From positions 1 through 10,694 of the forward strand of contig JBHLNT010000148.1 of NCBI GenBank assembly GCA_048941265.1: DNA of 10,694 nt, given 5' to 3'. This stretch comes from Promethearchaeota archaeon (lineage in GTDB: Archaea; Asgardarchaeota; Lokiarchaeia; Sigyniarchaeales; SOKP01). Within the stretch, counting starts at the first letter, position 1. Each line of letters opens with the position of its first letter. Positions 7,861 through 10,694 of this stretch are shown here, piece after piece. Below the pieces are notes generated by a model. The model had not been told where the DNA came from. It worked only from the letters and a program-made list of their open reading frames with translations, and did no database searches. Made by a program: the position numbers and the translations under genes.

Positions 7861-9111
7861 ATAAATTCTAGAGAACGAATACTCAAGACAATTAATCATA
7901 AGGAACCGGATCGAGTTCCAATCGATATAGGGGCAACTAACATGACTGGAATTTCAGCACTAGCATATTACAATTTAAAAAATTATTTGGGAATAAAAGA
8001 GGGAAAAATTCGGGTATATGATATGGTTCAGCAATTGGCTCGGGTCGAAGATTGGTTTATTAAACGTTTTGGTATTGATGCAATAGATATAGGTTCTATT
8101 TACCTTACAGAGGATAAAGATTGGTATGATGTTGAGTTGCATGGTATAAAAGCACAATTTCCTGTTTATCTTCACCCAAGACATAATGAAGATGGGTCCT
8201 ATGAATTAGTTCATTCCGATGGTACTATTATTGGAAGAATGTCAAAGGATTCCCTTGTTATGGATCAAATTTATTATCCTTGGTTGGAAAACTATCCCGA
8301 AAATTTTGACTTTCAATCCTACATAAAAGCCTTAGACAAAAATCTATGGGCTAAAGGTCTTATTCCCCCTCTTAGTAATATGGGTGAAAAAAGATATTGG
8401 CGCAACTTAAGAGATAATGTAATTAAATTGCGTAAAGAAACAAATAAAATAATTATTTTATGCCTTACATTAAATATATTTCAAGGAACCCATACTTTTA
8501 GAAGAATGGATAAGTTTCTCATAGATACCATTCGAAATCAAACAAAAGTAGAAAAATTTGTTGATTTACAAATCGAATTCTATATTAACGCTTTAAAAGT
8601 AGTATGTAAATATCTGGGGGATGTACTTGACATTGTTACCTTTGGGGATGATTTAGGTGAAAATAACGGACCAATGATTAGCCTTAAAACTTACAGGAAA
8701 TTTTTCAAAAGAGGTCATCAAGAATTATGTAATTATATAAAGAAACATAGTTCCATGAAAATATTCTTCCATTCATGCGGTTCTATCGTAAAATTATTGC
8801 CAGATCTTATAGAGTGTGGAATCGATATACTCAATCCTGTTCAAATAAGCGCTAAAGGTATGGACCCGAAATATTTAAAGGAAAATTTTGGAGATGATAT
8901 TACTTTTTGGGGTGGTGGTGCTGATACTCGTAATGTCCTAAATCGAAAATCTCCTGAAGAAATCAAAAAACATGTGAAAGAATTACTTGAAATTTTCGCT
9001 CCTGGTGGGGGCTATGTATGGAATGCCATCCATAATATTTTACCTGATGTCCCTCCTGAGAATATTGTGGCAGCGTTGGAAGCTGTAGATGAGTTTAAAA
9101 GAGAAAAATAA
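7861..9111 (+). CDS. Uroporphyrinogen-decarboxylase superfamily protein (MtaA/CmuA-like corrinoid methyltransferase type), 416 aa with probable ATA start
   Basis: GDDLG, FFHSCG, LNPVQ, FWGGG and HNI-x4-PPEN motifs. The frame extends 27 codons upstream of ATG 7942 as xNSRERILKTINHKEPDRVPIDIG, the family's typical N-terminus. Confidence 0.88.
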   Translation: MNSRERILKTINHKEPDRVPIDIGATNMTGISALAYYNLKNYLGIKEGKIRVYDMVQQLARVEDWFIKRFGIDAIDIGSIYLTEDKDWYDVELHGIKAQFPVYLHPRHNEDGSYELVHSDGTIIGRMSKDSLVMDQIYYPWLENYPENFDFQSYIKALDKNLWAKGLIPPLSNMGEKRYWRNLRDNVIKLRKETNKIIILCLTLNIFQGTHTFRRMDKFLIDTIRNQTKVEKFVDLQIEFYINALKVVCKYLGDVLDIVTFGDDLGENNGPMISLKTYRKFFKRGHQELCNYIKKHSSMKIFFHSCGSIVKLLPDLIECGIDILNPVQISAKGMDPKYLKENFGDDITFWGGGADTRNVLNRKSPEEIKKHVKELLEIFAPGGGYVWNAIHNILPDVPPENIVAALEAVDEFKREK

Positions 9112-9443
9112 ATTATAATGTTTTAAAAAAACAAATTATTAAAGAAAAATTCATAAATTTTATGATGTAAGTGGGGGGAAAATTTAATCAAAAAATTTCG
9201 TAAAATTCTTCCTTTGAATCCCAAGTCTTTATATTGTTTAGAATGCTTTTCTGTAAACCATGCTAATTCAGTAGTCTGCCCCAACTCAAGACTTTTGAAA
9301 GAATTAAATTAGTATGCTATTTACATATTTAAAAAAAATTAGAAATTTATTACTATTTTTATTATTATTATTTAGAACAATAAGAAGTCTAATTCAACAA
9401 ATTAAATTAAAATTCTATTATTGAGAAGGACTAAGTAAAAATT

Positions 9444-10025
9444 ATGTTTACTGAAATTCCCTATGATATTTATCATTATAAATGTGCTATATGTGAAAAG
9501 GAAGTAAAGACAGAGCATATTAATACCTGTCTTATTTGTCATAGAGAGATTTGTGATACTTGTTTAAAGGAAGGATTTTGTATAGATCATTTTAATTTAC
9601 TTACTTTTGAAGGAAAGTCAAAATTACATGAAATAATTGAAGATGGAAAGAATAAGAAGAAAAAACTGATTATAAAACAATATTTTGCATATAGTATTTG
9701 TTTTATTATTTTCTTCTTTTCTCTATTACTTCCTATAATATTTACTATTCCTTATTCTTTTACTTTTCTTTGGGTACTTTTCTTTATATCAAGTTTTATA
9801 CTCTTTCCTCTATTACTTTCGAAATTTGATGGAAAAAGAAACAAACTTTATATAAAATTACAAAAAGACAAGATAACTCTATATAAGAGATATAATAAAG
9901 GAAAAGAAATTCAAATTCCTAAAATTAAAAAAAAATGTGAGAAATGTGGGAGAATACTAAAAAGTGATTCAAATTATTGTGATATTTGTGGTTTTAAACT
10001 AAATCATTACTCTCAATCAATTTAA
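9444..10025 (+). CDS. Two-TM membrane protein with an N-terminal binuclear zinc finger and a C-terminal zinc ribbon
   Basis: Cx2C-x11-Cx2C-x4-Cx2C-x5-Cx2H (aa 14-49), two hydrophobic helices, then CEKC-x10-CDICG. Confidence 0.85.
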   Translation: MFTEIPYDIYHYKCAICEKEVKTEHINTCLICHREICDTCLKEGFCIDHFNLLTFEGKSKLHEIIEDGKNKKKKLIIKQYFAYSICFIIFFFSLLLPIIFTIPYSFTFLWVLFFISSFILFPLLLSKFDGKRNKLYIKLQKDKITLYKRYNKGKEIQIPKIKKKCEKCGRILKSDSNYCDICGFKLNHYSQSI

Positions 10026-10198
10026 TTTGATGAGGATATAATTTTTATGTTTAGCAGTAAAATTATTCGAACTATCAATTATTTCTAATAAAATATCAAA
10101 ATATTTTAGATCTACAAATACTTTTTAAGTATTAAAAAAAATGATATTTTTCTAATTAAATTGAAAAATCGGGAAATTTCGAATGCCATTAAGTGGAA

Positions 10199-10275
10199 TG
10201 GGAGAGGGGGGATTCGAACCCCCGACCATTCGGCTTCTGTTAACCAAGCTTATGCGTTGGTTTGCCCCAGCCGAG
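10199..10275 (-). tRNA. Partial tRNA-Pro(GGG): positions ~27/28-73 with a 30-nt intron; 5' part absent
   Basis: Minus strand reads (C)TCGG CT GGG G [intron] G CCGAA TGGTC GGGGG TTCGAAT CCCCC CTCTCCC A. This gives a perfect T-arm, 5-nt variable loop, anticodon stem, G37 and A73. CCA is not encoded directly after A73. Confidence 0.85.
10235..10264 (-). other. tRNA intron at canonical position 37/38 with a relaxed bulge-helix-bulge motif
   Basis: CAAACCAACGCATAAGCTTGGTTAACAGAA. C32-U33-G34 pair with intron CAG, the 3' bulge is A-A-G38, and the intron hairpin is AACCAA/TTGGTT. Confidence 0.78.
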
Positions 10276-10602
10276 AAAAAATGCTCCGTATTATTTCAAA
10301 GGTTTTGCTGAATTTAATAAAAAATTAGAACTATAACTAAATAATGTCTAGATTTTCATCGAGATTTAAATCCTAATTTTTTTTGCATGCTTTTTCATCT
10401 ACTGGATGATATACATTTGGAATTTTTGGTGCATTAATAGAAAAGTTAATTGTTTATGGTCTTATATTATAGACTGCCTTTCAAATTGTTATCATTTGGA
10501 AAGAAATTGATAATTAAAACAATCTTTATATAACCTTCAATATTTTTTCAGAATGAGTAAATTATGTAGAAATAATTTATTATACTCAGAGAAAGGAAAA
10601 TA

Positions 10603-10694
10603 ATGATTAAAATATTAAAAAAAGCAGGAATAGAGGAGAGATTTTTTGACACTGGTGAAATTAAATTAAATTATGTAGCTGGCCCGCCCAACGG
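10603..10694 (+). CDS. N-terminus of a probable alpha/beta-fold hydrolase (truncated by the window end)
   Basis: MIKILKKAGIEERFFDTGEIKLNYVAGPPNG resembles the beta1-beta2 start of alpha/beta hydrolases. AGGA lies upstream. Confidence 0.6.
   Translation, partial: MIKILKKAGIEERFFDTGEIKLNYVAGPPN

Noticed and set aside
4367-8184. Antisense ORFs 4367-4549 and 7975-8184
   Set aside because: They lie entirely within longer, better-supported genes on the opposite strand.
10026-10198. Circularly permuted tRNA with the 5' half downstream of the 3' half
   Set aside because: No GGGAGAG-like acceptor strand or D-arm follows the 3' half on the minus strand.
10266-10268. Reading the tRNA as a mutated His(GUG), which would perfect the BHB helix
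   Set aside because: The sequence reads GGG, and A73 and the C32/G38 loop fit Pro, whereas archaeal tRNA-His uses C73.
10276-10602. Second, long intron separating a cis 5' exon of the tRNA
   Set aside because: No matching 5' exon is present between the fragment and the next CDS.
1-10694. CRISPR array, IS element, integrase or tandem repeat
   Set aside because: No regularly spaced repeats, terminal inverted repeats or recombinase/transposase motifs were seen by eye.

Overview
AT-rich archaeal window. The intron-bearing tRNA, GGTGA/GGAGGTG ribosome-binding sites, TATA-like boxes and gene style suggest Asgard/Lokiarchaeia, which is an inference. Left to right it holds: an alkyl-sulfatase-type metallo-beta-lactamase, a 214-aa membrane protein, an extended SDR, a stand-alone HIRAN protein, a 479-aa hypothetical, a radical SAM/SPASM enzyme, a 7-TM protein, a 69-aa ORF missing from the ORF track, a URO-D/MtaA-family protein, a double zinc-finger membrane protein and the start of an alpha/beta hydrolase. 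The most notable element is at 10199-10275 (-): an intact 3' portion (positions ~28-73) of tRNA-Pro(GGG) with a 30-nt 37/38 intron but no 5' acceptor strand or D-arm anywhere in the window. It is a candidate intron-containing trans-spliced (split) tRNA half; an att remnant or pseudogene are the alternatives. Two divergent genes also appear to start at ATA and ATT behind strong Shine-Dalgarno sites.
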